From positions 75,705-139,704 of the forward strand of contig JAPOYL010000013.1 in the NCBI GenBank assembly GCA_026706595.1: a DNA stretch of 64,000 bases. Direction: 5' to 3'. This document shows positions 19,604 to 29,390 of this stretch, piece by piece (the first letter of the stretch is position 1; each line of letters opens with the position of its first letter). The position numbers and the translations under genes were made by a program. Under the pieces are notes generated by a model, which was given only the letters and a program-made list of their open reading frames with translations, was not told the DNA's origin and searched no databases. The stretch comes from Gammaproteobacteria bacterium. Lineage in GTDB: Bacteria; Pseudomonadota; Gammaproteobacteria; UBA4575.

Positions 19604-22340
19604 TCAGAACCGCAGGCGGAGGTCGAGCCTCAGTTCGTGCTCGGGCGCGGCCGCGTCACTCTCGACGCGCGCGCCGGCGAACTCGACGCCTAGCGGCATG
19701 GGCCACGCCTCAAACCGGGTGCCGAGACGGAGCCGTCGGCTCCCCTCACCGGCCAGCCTGATTTCTGCGAACGGTGTCAGAAGCCCGTGCGGCGCCATGC
19801 CCAGGCCGTAGCCGAGGTGCGCATCCAGCGAGGCGGTCTCGCCGTGCGAGGTCCCGCCGGGCTGAGGCAACTCGTCCCGCCACAGCGCCTTCGCGCCGCC
19901 CGTGCCCACGCCCCAGCGCGGGCTCAGCGCCAGCGACAGACCCCTCCCGTGCGCCCCGGGGTCCAGCCGCATCGTGAGGCTGAGGCCGCGCTCCTCCGCG
20001 CCGTCCTCCGAGTGCGCCACGAGCCATCGCCCGCGTGCCTCCACCTGAAGACGGCGCGTCGTGTAGCGCAACCCGCCCGCCACCTCGAGGCCAGTCCCCA
20101 CAAGTCCATCACCCCCGTCGCGCCGCGCCGCCGTCTCGACGAACGGCGTGAGCGCCGCGTCCTCGTCCAGTTCAATGCGCCTGGAAGCCTCCAGTCCCAG
20201 GCGCGTCCGCCAGCTGTCGGCGGTCAGCCCGTCCAGGTAGTCCGGGCCGCCATCGGTCTCCAGCCGCGCGAGGCTCGCCTCCGCGCGCAGCGACAGGTCG
20301 CGACCTGCGCGCGCGTGAAGCGCGTGGCGCAGCCCCACCGATCCCATCCGCATCGACAGGTCGCTCGTCTCGCGCGCGCCGCCGATCAGCCGGTGCTCTG
20401 CCTTGCCGCGCCCGGCACCGAGCATGCCGTGCAGCTCCAGGCCGTCGGACACCGTCCAGCGCCCGTAGGGGTAGAGCGCGGTCAGCGTCGTCTCCAGCCG
20501 GCCCTGTCCCGAGCCCCCGGAGTCGCCGCCGTCAAAGCTGTAATCCGCCTCGCCGGTACCGTGGCTCAGCGCGAGGCCCGCCACCCACGCACCGGCCCGC
20601 GCATCCACCCCCAGCCAGCCCGTGCGCAGATCGCCCTCGTAGCGCATGCCCGGCTCCGGACGGCCCGAGAAGCTCCCCAGGTCGCCCCGGCCCCACACCG
20701 ACCAGCGCGTCGCCGAAGGCACCTCCGCACCTTCAGCCACGCCCAGCGTCAGCGAGAAGGCGCTCGCGGCCAGCCACTCTGCCGCGCCGGCGCCCCGGTT
20801 CTGCGCGACGGGCGCGCAGCCCTCGCGACCGTTGTCGAAGAAGCCGGTCTGTCCGAAGGCGCCGCCCACGCTGCGATGGCCCTGCTCACACGGCCCTTCG
20901 TGCGCAAGGCCGGGGGGGCCGCCCCCCCCCCGCACCGAGCGCCAGCGTCTTGCCGGCCAGCGTCAGCTGGCCCGACGGAACCGAGGCCAAAAACCGCATC
21001 CCGATGTTGTCGAGCGCGCTCGATAGTGCCCCGCGGCCCACCGCCGCAAGCGTGCGCTTCACCGTCTGCCTCAACAGCGCCGCGCTCTCCACCGTCACCA
21101 TCACTGCGTCCGAGGCGCTCAGCCCCCCGGGGTCGGTCACCGTGAGCCGGAACGCCAGCTCGCCCAGCGACTCCGGCGCCGCGAAGGAGGGCGTCGCCGT
21201 GTCCGCCCCCGCGAGCGTCACCGACCCACCCGAGACCTGTGTCCAGGCATAGGCCAGCTCGTCGCCGTCGGGGTCCGAACTCCCCGAGCCGTCCAGCGTC
21301 ACGACCGAGTCCGCAAACACCGTGAGGTCGGCTCCTGCGTCGGCCACCGGCCTCCCCCCTAGGCTGTCGTTGGCCACCGTCTGTGTGAAGCTCGCCACCG
21401 CGTTGCCGGCGAAGTCGCGCAGGCGCACGCCGAGCGCGGCCGGGCGCGTGTAGTGCACCTCGACCGTCTCGCCGCGGGCGACCGGCGCCGCGAGCGTCAG
21501 CGTGACCCTGCGCTGGGTGCGGGAAGTGTCGAGGTCGACCGCTGACGGGTGCACTCCAGCCCCGTCGCCCACCACCACCTCGAACGCCTCGGGCGGGGGC
21601 ACCGAGCCGGGATGGAGCCTCTTGCTGAAGGGGATGGTCAGCGTCGCACCGCTTACCGTCGGCGTGCCCGACACCCGCGGCGGCGGCGACGACTTCGCGT
21701 AGCCTTTGATGGTGAACATTAAAGATACATCATCATTTGTAGGATCATAATCCCACGAACTACCAGCAATATTATAAACCCGAGCTTCAATACCTTGAGA
21801 GATGGACCAACCCGACAAACCTGTTTCGTTAGTTGATCGTGTCAATTCGAAGTTTGAACCACTTTCAGAGCCGCTGGGTGTGTGGTCAATAACTAACCAA
21901 TAGGATGTTTCGGGCTTCAGATCGATACCTGACCCTGAAGCTTTGTAATTGTTATCAGCATTCGCGGTCAGTGAAGCTGGGTTCGTCAACGTGCCCACGA
22001 GAGTGCCAGGATAGTGACGTTGGCTACCATGTCGTAACCTACCAGGAGTGGAATCTTCTACGCTACTGCGGATTTCCACGGTGTGCGGTGCCGGGAGTAC
22101 CTCACGGATCTTAAGGTCTACACTGGTCAGCTTATAGCCCTGAGCATGGCTTCCTGTAACGAACTGCGTTGCAGTGTCTTGAAAGACGCTTGTTCTAGAT
22201 CCGATAGCCTGATTAATGTTGCTCACCAGGCTGACATTCGTTTGCGCCAAAGCCTGGGAAACGCCTGACAGCAAGGCCGGACCGAACAGGCAGGCGGTTG
22301 CGCAGCAGAGGCGCACAGCCCGAAAAGAGAAGGGCCTCAT
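19604..22340 (-). pseudogene. Autotransporter (signal peptide, N-terminal domain, SwmB-like Ig domain, PKD-like domain, C-terminal beta-barrel), split by a frameshift at a G10 tract
   Basis: ORFs 20886-22517 and 19604-20935 overlap at the homopolymer. Signal peptide MRPFSFRAVRLCCATACLFGPALLSGVSQALA from the ATG at 22340. The barrel ends ..LRLDLRLRF. One G fewer gives a single ORF of about 911 aa. Confidence 0.8.
20912..20931. repeat. Adjacent homopolymers G7 (20912-20918) and C10 (20922-20931)
   Basis: Counted directly. On the coding strand this reads G10-C-GG-C7, inside a Gly/Pro stretch (GAGGG / GGGGPPG). Confidence 0.95.
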
Positions 22341-22837
22341 AAGCCTGGCCGCCAGCCGGCGAAGCGGGAAATGAGGAGGAGAGAAGGCCGGGGCTTCCCG
22401 GCTGGACGATGCCCAAATCTGTCGGGCTGGCGCTCTAATTATGAGATTAGGCAGATTCCGTACTGTCAATGGGCACATCAATGAATGTTTCTCCTTGAAA
22501 TCTTGCAGCCCACTCATGACCCAGGCCGTCGACGATCAAAAGCTTTCAGATAGAACGCTGTCAGTTTAACGGCTTATTTATGAATATTGCATGATAGTAT
22601 GAAAAAGTTCATGATTTTCATGTGAATTTCGCAGGGGTTGTACACGATAATGCATCCGTTCGGTGCAGGGGTGGATCTTTCAGCCCGGACATGGCCTCAT
22701 CCGGAACCGGTGTGTTCAATCGCTGGCAAGTCTCAAAAGTCTCTGAACCAGTACAGGAGATTGCCGGGCTTTCGGCACAATCCTCGAATGGGCCGGAAGG
22801 GGGCGACCGATACTCACAAATCGGGAATATCGGTCTC

Positions 22838-22914
22838 GGTGGCAGGGGGCAGGATTTGAACCTGCGACCTTCGGATCATGAACCCGACGAGCTGCCAGAC
22901 TGCTGCACCCCGCA
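22838..22914 (-). pseudogene. tRNA-Met-like copy, probably non-functional
   Basis: Colinear with tRNA-fMet and keeps the CAT anticodon. Only 4 acceptor-stem pairs remain, there is no CCA, position 10:25 is C-C, and the initiator G-C pairs are lost (UCGGG-UUCAUGA-UCCGA). Confidence 0.6.
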
Positions 22915-22990
22915 CCAGGAGGGAACGTGTACTGATTCAGGAACGGTTTTCAAGCCGACGCAACCCAGACGAGGCTTACACACCCCTTGT
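22838..22990. repeat. Direct repeat copy 2 (tRNA-like sequence plus upstream region)
   Basis: Aligns with 19328-19480. The outer end is approximate. Confidence 0.75.
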
Positions 22991-23034
22991 CCTTGCGCAG
23001 GCCTTGCAGGCCGGACCAGGTCTGCCCTGAGTGC

Positions 23035-24471
23035 CTAGCCCAGTACCTGGATGCAGTAGTTGAGCAGTGCGTTCGGAAAAACGAACAGTGCAACCACCAG
23101 CAAGCCGTTGACTGACAGCACAGCCTGGGCGAGCCCCGAGGGCTGCACCTGGAATACTTCATCCGCCTCATCGAAGTACATGTATTTCACCACGCGCAAG
23201 TAATAAAAGGCTCCGACCACGGACATCACCACAGCCAGAACCGCCACCCACAGCCAGCCGCCGTACACCAGGCTTTGCAGGACATACAGCTTGGCGTAAA
23301 AGCCCACCGTCAGCGGCACGCCTGCCATGGAAAACATCAGCACCAGCATGATCAGGGCAAACCACGGGCTGATTTTCCCCAGGCCCTTCAGGTCCACAAG
23401 CTGATCCATTTCCCGCTCACGGTTGCCGAGCAATATCAGCACACCGAACGTTCCGGCAGCCATCAGCACGTAGATCACGGTGTAGAACAGGGCTGCGGCA
23501 TACCCGAAGTCAGTGCCCGGCAGGATCCCCAGCAAGATAAAGCCGATATGGGAGATGGCCGAATAGGCCAGCATGCGCTTGATATTGCTTTGCGCAATGG
23601 CGATCACGTTGCCGAATACCACGGACAACACCGTCAGGACCATCAGCATCTGCTGCCAGTCCGCGAGCAACTCCTGCAAGCCATAGTTCAACAGGCGGAT
23701 GGCCATGACGAACGCCGCCAGCTTCGGCATTGTCGCGATGAAAAGGGTAATTGCCGTGGGCGCTCCCTGGTAGACGTCCGGGACCCACATGTGGAAAGGC
23801 ACCGCACCAAACTTGAAAGCCAGACCCACCACGATAAAGGCCAGCGCAAATACCAGAGCGATGCGGTTGGCATCTGCCTGTGCGAGATAGGCATTGATCT
23901 CGGCCAGGTCCAGGCTGCCCGTCAATCCATACATGATCGACATGCCGTACAGCAGCATGCCCGAGGCGATCGCACCCAGGACGAAATACTTGATGGCGGC
24001 CTCGCTCGCATCCCTAGAGTCCCTCACGAACGCAACCAGGGCATACAGGCACAGGGATAACAGTTCAAGCCCCAGGTAGATCAATACAAAATTGTGTGCC
24101 GAAGCCATCACCAGGGTCCCCATGGTGGCAAACAGCCCGAGTGCGTAAAACTCTGCACTGAGGTTGGCACGCTGGCGCAGGTAGGGACGTGCGTACATCA
24201 TCACGGCGGCCACCGTCACACAGGCAAACAGCTTGATGGCCTGGGCCAGCGGGTCATTCAGGTACATCCCCCCGAAGGCAAACGACTCCCTGGATGCGGG
24301 TGTGGAATACACCAGCACTGCAGTGGTGATGAGAGCCGCAAGGCTCAGTACATAAGCCAGTGTCTCGCTGGCCCTGCCGGTGTAGAGGCCGATCAGCAAC
24401 ACCACTGAGGCAGCCGCCAGCATGAAGATCTCAGGCAAGGCTAAAAGCACATCGGCATTCAGGCTTTCCAT
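23035..24471 (-). CDS. nuoN: NADH-quinone oxidoreductase subunit N
   Basis: 478-aa polytopic membrane ORF, last in the nuoA-N order. ND2-type antiporter-like subunit. Confidence 0.93.
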   Translation of the reverse strand: MESLNADVLLALPEIFMLAAASVVLLIGLYTGRASETLAYVLSLAALITTAVLVYSTPASRESFAFGGMYLNDPLAQAIKLFACVTVAAVMMYARPYLRQRANLSAEFYALGLFATMGTLVMASAHNFVLIYLGLELLSLCLYALVAFVRDSRDASEAAIKYFVLGAIASGMLLYGMSIMYGLTGSLDLAEINAYLAQADANRIALVFALAFIVVGLAFKFGAVPFHMWVPDVYQGAPTAITLFIATMPKLAAFVMAIRLLNYGLQELLADWQQMLMVLTVLSVVFGNVIAIAQSNIKRMLAYSAISHIGFILLGILPGTDFGYAAALFYTVIYVLMAAGTFGVLILLGNREREMDQLVDLKGLGKISPWFALIMLVLMFSMAGVPLTVGFYAKLYVLQSLVYGGWLWVAVLAVVMSVVGAFYYLRVVKYMYFDEADEVFQVQPSGLAQAVLSVNGLLVVALFVFPNALLNYCIQVLG

Positions 24472-24473
24472 GA

Positions 24474-25988
24474 TCAGTACCTGAGATTGGGGAGTTGTGC
24501 CTGGTGCAGCAAATGTGCCACCGAGGCATCCATGACTTCAATCAGCGGTGCCGGCCACAGGCCGATCCAGAGTACCAGCAGCGTCAGGGTCAGCAGGCAG
24601 AAAAACTCCCTGCGGTTCAGGTCGCTCAAGGCGGCTACCTGGTCGTTTCCGGGCGCACCGAAGACCACGCGCTTCAGCATCCACAGGGTGTAGGCGGCCC
24701 CGAGGACCAGTGTCGATGCTGCCAGCAGCGCATACCACACGTTGGCATTGAAACTTGCCAGGATCACCATGAACTCGCCGACAAACCCCGAGGTTCCGGG
24801 CAGTCCCACATTGGCCAGTGCAAAGATGACGAAAAACGACGCGAACTTCGGCATGCTGTTCACGACACCCCCGTAATCGGCGATCTGCCTGCTGTGTATG
24901 CGGTCATACAGCACCCCGACACACAGGAACAGGGCACCGGAGATGAAGCCGTGGGAGATCATCTGCACCATGCCGCCGTGCATGGCAAGCTCCGCCGAAG
25001 AGCCGGTTTTGGCGAGCAGTGCGAATACCACGAAAAATCCCAGTGTGACAAAACCCATGTGGGCAATGGAGGAGTAGGCGATCAGTTTTTTCATGTCCTG
25101 CTGCACCAGCGCGACCAGCCCGATGTAGACGATGGCCACCAGCGAAACGGCGATGATGACCACGGCCAGCTGGTCACTGGCATACGATGTGATGGGGATG
25201 GTAAAGCGCAAAAACCCGTATCCGCCCATCTTCAGCATGATGGCCGCCAGCACCACAGAACCCCCCGTGGGTGCCTCCACGTGGGCATCCGGCAACCAGG
25301 TGTGCACCGGCCACATGGGAATCTTGACCGCAAACGCGACCAGGAACGCCAGGAAAATCAGGTACTGTTCGCGGGCACTCAGAGGCGTCTGCTGCAGTTG
25401 CGCGATCTCGAAGGTGCCGGCCTGCAGGTACAGAAACACCAGTGCGACCAGCAGGAATACCGAGCCCAGGAAGGTGTACAGGAAGAACTTGATCGTTGCA
25501 TACACCCTGCGAGGGCCGCCCCATATTCCGATGATCAGAAACATCGGGATCAGCATGCCCTCGAAGAATATGTAGAAAAGGATGGCGTCCAGGGCGCAGA
25601 ACACCCCGATCATCAGGCCTTCCAGGACCAGGAACGAGGCAAAGTATTCCGCGATGCGCCCCGACTCGATTTCCCATCCGGCAATGACCACCAGCAGCGT
25701 GATGACGGTCGTAAGCAGGATCAGCGGCACCGAAATCCCATCCACTCCCAGCGAGTAGTACACGTTGAACGCCTCGATCCAGGGCAGGTGCTCCCTGAAC
25801 TGCATGGCGTACTGCTGGGCATCGAACGCATTCAGCAGCACGATGCTTGCCACAAACGTGACCAGAGCGACCAGCAGGGCCAACCAGCGCACCGCATGCA
25901 CGGAGACCTTCTTGGCAACGATCACCAAAAGACCGCCGATGATGGGAAGCCAGATCAGCAGACTCAGTATGGGGAACGTGGTGGGCAT
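24474..25988 (-). CDS. nuoM: NADH-quinone oxidoreductase subunit M
   Basis: ND4-type membrane subunit. The start at ATG 25988 (MPTTFPILSLL..) avoids overlap with the nuoL stop at 25996. The track ORF extends to 26033. Confidence 0.93.
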   Translation of the reverse strand: MPTTFPILSLLIWLPIIGGLLVIVAKKVSVHAVRWLALLVALVTFVASIVLLNAFDAQQYAMQFREHLPWIEAFNVYYSLGVDGISVPLILLTTVITLLVVIAGWEIESGRIAEYFASFLVLEGLMIGVFCALDAILFYIFFEGMLIPMFLIIGIWGGPRRVYATIKFFLYTFLGSVFLLVALVFLYLQAGTFEIAQLQQTPLSAREQYLIFLAFLVAFAVKIPMWPVHTWLPDAHVEAPTGGSVVLAAIMLKMGGYGFLRFTIPITSYASDQLAVVIIAVSLVAIVYIGLVALVQQDMKKLIAYSSIAHMGFVTLGFFVVFALLAKTGSSAELAMHGGMVQMISHGFISGALFLCVGVLYDRIHSRQIADYGGVVNSMPKFASFFVIFALANVGLPGTSGFVGEFMVILASFNANVWYALLAASTLVLGAAYTLWMLKRVVFGAPGNDQVAALSDLNRREFFCLLTLTLLVLWIGLWPAPLIEVMDASVAHLLHQAQLPNLRY

Positions 25989-25995
25989 GGCAGGA

Positions 25996-27942
25996 TTACA
26001 GGTAGCGGATACCGAGCAGGACCAGAAGGCCAAGGATCATCGTGAAGGCATAGTGATACAGGTAGCCGGACTGTACGTTTCGAACCCGCAGCGAACACCA
26101 GTTGACCGCTTGGGCGAACCCGTTCACCACCAGCCCGTCGATCAGCATCCGGTCCCCGAACGAACTGCACACGGTACCGACTTTGCGCGTGCCCGTGGCA
26201 AACAGTCCCTGATAAAGCTCATCAAAGCCGTACTTGCGAGACAGCACGTTGTACAGGAGGCTCAATCGTTGCTTGCCCATATCTGCAACCCCGGGTCTGC
26301 GCCGGTAGACCCACCAGGCGCTTAGGATCCCTGCAAACATCAGCCAGACCACAGGACCCTGGAAACCATGCACGATGAAGGACCACAGGCCGTGGTAATG
26401 GGTCTGGAGCTGGGCGACTGCGTCGTGGCGATCCAGCACTACCAGGCTTTCTGCAAAATATTCCCCGAACACGAGCGGGCCGATGAACATGCCGGCAAAC
26501 ACCGAGGGCACCGCCAGCAGGATCAGGGGCACGGTAATGACCGCGGGGGACTCCGTAATGCGGCCCACCACCTTGCCTCGGTCCGGGCTTTCCCCGTGAA
26601 ACGTCAGAAACAGCAGCCTGAACGAGTAGAAGGCCGTCACGAACACGCCTGCGGTGACCAGTACATAGGCAAATCCTGCCCCCGGCAGGCTGGAGTAATG
26701 CACGGCCTCGATGATGGCATCCTTGGAAAAGAACCCGGAGAAGCCCGGAAATCCGACCAGCGCCAGGGTGCCGATCAACGCGGTCCAGTAGGTGATCGGC
26801 ATGCGCTCTTTAAGACCGCCCATCTTGCGCATGTCCTGTTCATGGTGCAGCGCCACGATCACGGAGCCCGCTGCCAGAAACAGCAGGGCCTTGAAGAAGG
26901 CGTGCGTGAACAGGTGGAAGATGGCAATCGAGTAGGCCGAAGCGCCCAGTGCCACAGTCATGTAGCCAAGCTGCGACAGGGTTGAATAGGCCACCACCCG
27001 TTTGATGTCGTTTTGCACGATCCCGACCAGGCCCATGAAAAACGCGGTCAGCGCACCGATGACCAGGATCACCGACAGGGCCACGTCACTGAACTCGAAC
27101 AGCGGTGACATGCGCGCCACCATGAAGATCCCGGCCGTGACCATGGTCGCGGCATGGATGAGTGCCGAGATCGGTGTCGGACCCTCCATGGAGTCCGGCA
27201 ACCACACATGCAGGGGAACCTGTGCGGATTTGGCCATGGCGCCCACAAACAGCAGCAAGCAGATGACGGTCATGGCCGGCCATTCGACACCTGCGGCAAT
27301 TGCGATCGTCTGCCCGGAAGCGCCGGGGGCCTGGCTGAACACCGCCAGGTAATCCAGGCTGCCAAACACGGCCAGTATCGCTGCGATGCCCAGCAAAAAG
27401 CCGAAATCCCCTACCCGGTTGACCAGGAAGGCCTTCAGGTTGGCATGGATCGCAGACTCCCGGGTGTACCAGAAACCGATCAGCAGGTAGGACACCAGGC
27501 CCACGGCTTCCCAGCCGAAAAACAGCTGCAGGAAGTTGTTCGCCATGACCAGCATCAGCATCGAGAACGTAAACAGGGAGATATAGGCGAAAAAGCGCTG
27601 GTAGCCGGGATCGTCATGCATGTAACCGATCGTGTAGATGTGCACCATCAGGGACACGAAGGTCACCACGAGCATCATGATCGCGGTCAGCGGATCGATC
27701 AGGAAACCGACCTTGAGGTTCAGTCCTCCCAGCACGGCCCACCGGTACACATCGATCGACATCGGACCCACCTGGTCGAAAACGACCTGCTTGAATACGA
27801 CCAGACTCAGGATAAACGACAGCGCCACCCCGGCAATCGTTACCCAGTGCGCCCCGGCACGCCCGATACTGCGACCGGACAAGCCCGCGATCAGGGCGCC
27901 TGCCAGGGGAGCTAACACAATTATCAAGCAGAGTATCTTCAC
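25996..27942 (-). CDS. nuoL: NADH-quinone oxidoreductase subunit L
   Basis: 648 aa. ND5-type antiporter-like subunit with a long C-terminal extension. Confidence 0.95.
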   Translation of the reverse strand: MKILCLIIVLAPLAGALIAGLSGRSIGRAGAHWVTIAGVALSFILSLVVFKQVVFDQVGPMSIDVYRWAVLGGLNLKVGFLIDPLTAIMMLVVTFVSLMVHIYTIGYMHDDPGYQRFFAYISLFTFSMLMLVMANNFLQLFFGWEAVGLVSYLLIGFWYTRESAIHANLKAFLVNRVGDFGFLLGIAAILAVFGSLDYLAVFSQAPGASGQTIAIAAGVEWPAMTVICLLLFVGAMAKSAQVPLHVWLPDSMEGPTPISALIHAATMVTAGIFMVARMSPLFEFSDVALSVILVIGALTAFFMGLVGIVQNDIKRVVAYSTLSQLGYMTVALGASAYSIAIFHLFTHAFFKALLFLAAGSVIVALHHEQDMRKMGGLKERMPITYWTALIGTLALVGFPGFSGFFSKDAIIEAVHYSSLPGAGFAYVLVTAGVFVTAFYSFRLLFLTFHGESPDRGKVVGRITESPAVITVPLILLAVPSVFAGMFIGPLVFGEYFAESLVVLDRHDAVAQLQTHYHGLWSFIVHGFQGPVVWLMFAGILSAWWVYRRRPGVADMGKQRLSLLYNVLSRKYGFDELYQGLFATGTRKVGTVCSSFGDRMLIDGLVVNGFAQAVNWCSLRVRNVQSGYLYHYAFTMILGLLVLLGIRYL

Positions 27943-27957
27943 GGCCTTCTCGCGAAT

Positions 27958-28263
27958 CTAGCCCCTCAGGCTTTCGAGGTCCTGTACGTTGATGGTCCGG
28001 CGGTTGCGGTACAGCACCACCAGGATGGCCAGGCCGATCGCTGCTTCAGCCGCGGACACTGTAAGAATGAAAAACACGAAGACCTGGCCTGCCAGATCAT
28101 CCAGGTAATGGGAAAAAGCCACGAAGTTCATGTTGACCGCCAGCAGCATCAACTCGATGGCCATCAGCAAAAGAATCACGTTTTTACGGTTCAGGAAAAT
28201 TCCGGCCACGCCGATGGAAAAAAGAATGGCGCCAAGTACCAGGAAATGGGTCAGGGTGATCAT
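27958..28263 (-). CDS. nuoK: NADH-quinone oxidoreductase subunit K
   Basis: 101 aa, three TM segments, ND4L-like. Confidence 0.93.
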   Translation of the reverse strand: MITLTHFLVLGAILFSIGVAGIFLNRKNVILLLMAIELMLLAVNMNFVAFSHYLDDLAGQVFVFFILTVSAAEAAIGLAILVVLYRNRRTINVQDLESLRG

Positions 28264-28293
28264 CGTGGTCTCTCGTGTGTTGGCCTTGGCAAG

Positions 28294-28881
28294 TCAGTCC
28301 TTGTCCATGGAAACCAGGCGCACGCGCTCTGCCCGGTCCGCGCTGACCTGCATTGCGGGACTCTGCCGCTTGGCACGGGTGCGCTTGTGCATGGTCAGGG
28401 TGATCGCTGCAACGATCGCCACCAGCAGGATGACACCTGCAATCTCGAACGGGTAGATGTACTCGGAGAACAGCAACTCGCCCAGCTCCTGCGTATTACT
28501 GTAGTCAGCAGGCTTGGCCTGGGGCTTTTGCAGGTCAAAGGCCGGGCGGCTCAGGATCACGGCCATCTCGACGGCCATGATGATCCCCACCAGCAGCCCT
28601 ACCGGCAGGTAGCGGGCAAACCCGGCGCGCATCTTGGCGAGATTGATGTCCAGCATCATCACCACGAACAAGAACAGCACCATGACAGCACCCACGTACA
28701 CGAGCACCAGAGTGATGCCCAGGAATTCCGCCTCAAGCAGCAGCCAGATGGCCGCACTGGTGAAGAACACCAGTACCAGGAACAGCACGGCATGCACGGG
28801 ATTGCGAACCGAAATCATGGCCAGTGCCGAAGCCACCAGAATCGTTGAGAAAAAATAAAAGACCGCACTCTCTATCAGCAT
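28294..28881 (-). CDS. nuoJ: NADH-quinone oxidoreductase subunit J
   Basis: 195 aa. ND6-like membrane protein in the conserved position. Confidence 0.9.
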   Translation of the reverse strand: MLIESAVFYFFSTILVASALAMISVRNPVHAVLFLVLVFFTSAAIWLLLEAEFLGITLVLVYVGAVMVLFLFVVMMLDINLAKMRAGFARYLPVGLLVGIIMAVEMAVILSRPAFDLQKPQAKPADYSNTQELGELLFSEYIYPFEIAGVILLVAIVAAITLTMHKRTRAKRQSPAMQVSADRAERVRLVSMDKD

Positions 28882-28896
28882 GGGTTTACAAACTCG

Positions 28897-29385
28897 TCAG
28901 TCAAATATCGAGGCTTCCCGGTCGGAAGCAATCTGGTCTTCATGCTTTGCACCCACCTCGAGCAGCATGTCCTTGGTCATCACCTGCTGGCCTCGCTCGA
29001 AGAACGAGTACTCGAACACGCGGGTCTCCACGATGGCATCCACCGGGCAGGCCTCCTCGCAGAATCCGCAATAAACACACTTGAACAGGTCGATGTCGTA
29101 GCGTGTGGTGCGCCGGCTTCCATCCTCACGCTCTTCCGTATCGATGGTAATGGCCAGTGCAGGACACACCGCTTCACACAACTTGCATCCGATACAGCGT
29201 TCCTCTCCGCTTGGGTACCTGCGCAACGCGTGCAGCCCCCGGAACCTGGGAGACTGCGGAGTTTTTTCCTCCGGGTAGCGGACCGTGAGCTTTTTGGAGC
29301 CAAAACGCCGCCCGGTCAGGCTCATTCCCCTCAAAAGCTCCGACAAGGTAAAGCTGCGGACAAGGTTTCTGATTCTCTTCAGCAT
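28897..29385 (-). CDS. nuoI: NADH-quinone oxidoreductase subunit I
   Basis: 162 aa. Two 4Fe-4S motifs, [12 protein letters not shown] and [12 protein letters not shown]. Confidence 0.96.
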   Translation of the reverse strand: MLKRIRNLVRSFTLSELLRGMSLTGRRFGSKKLTVRYPEEKTPQSPRFRGLHALRRYPSGEERCIGCKLCEAVCPALAITIDTEEREDGSRRTTRYDIDLFKCVYCGFCEEACPVDAIVETRVFEYSFFERGQQVMTKDMLLEVGAKHEDQIASDREASIFD

Positions 29386-29390
29386 CGCAT

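Noticed and set aside
19787-21145. 452-aa plus-strand ORF, very Arg/Ala/Pro-rich
   Set aside because: It is antisense to the GC-rich autotransporter barrel. The minus-strand frame has the autotransporter features, including a C-terminal RF.
19405-22837. Integrase, excisionase or other mobility gene for the tRNA-linked islet
   Set aside because: None of the six frames shows a tyrosine or serine recombinase. The islet holds only the autotransporter.
22622-23038. 138-aa and 73-aa plus-strand ORFs
   Set aside because: They run across the tRNA-like repeat and an intergenic region. There is no ribosome-binding site and no motifs.
24495-26045. 516-aa plus-strand ORF
   Set aside because: It is antisense to nuoM/nuoL. 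The sequence is low-complexity (His/Gln/Asp/Gly/Arg), so this is a shadow ORF.
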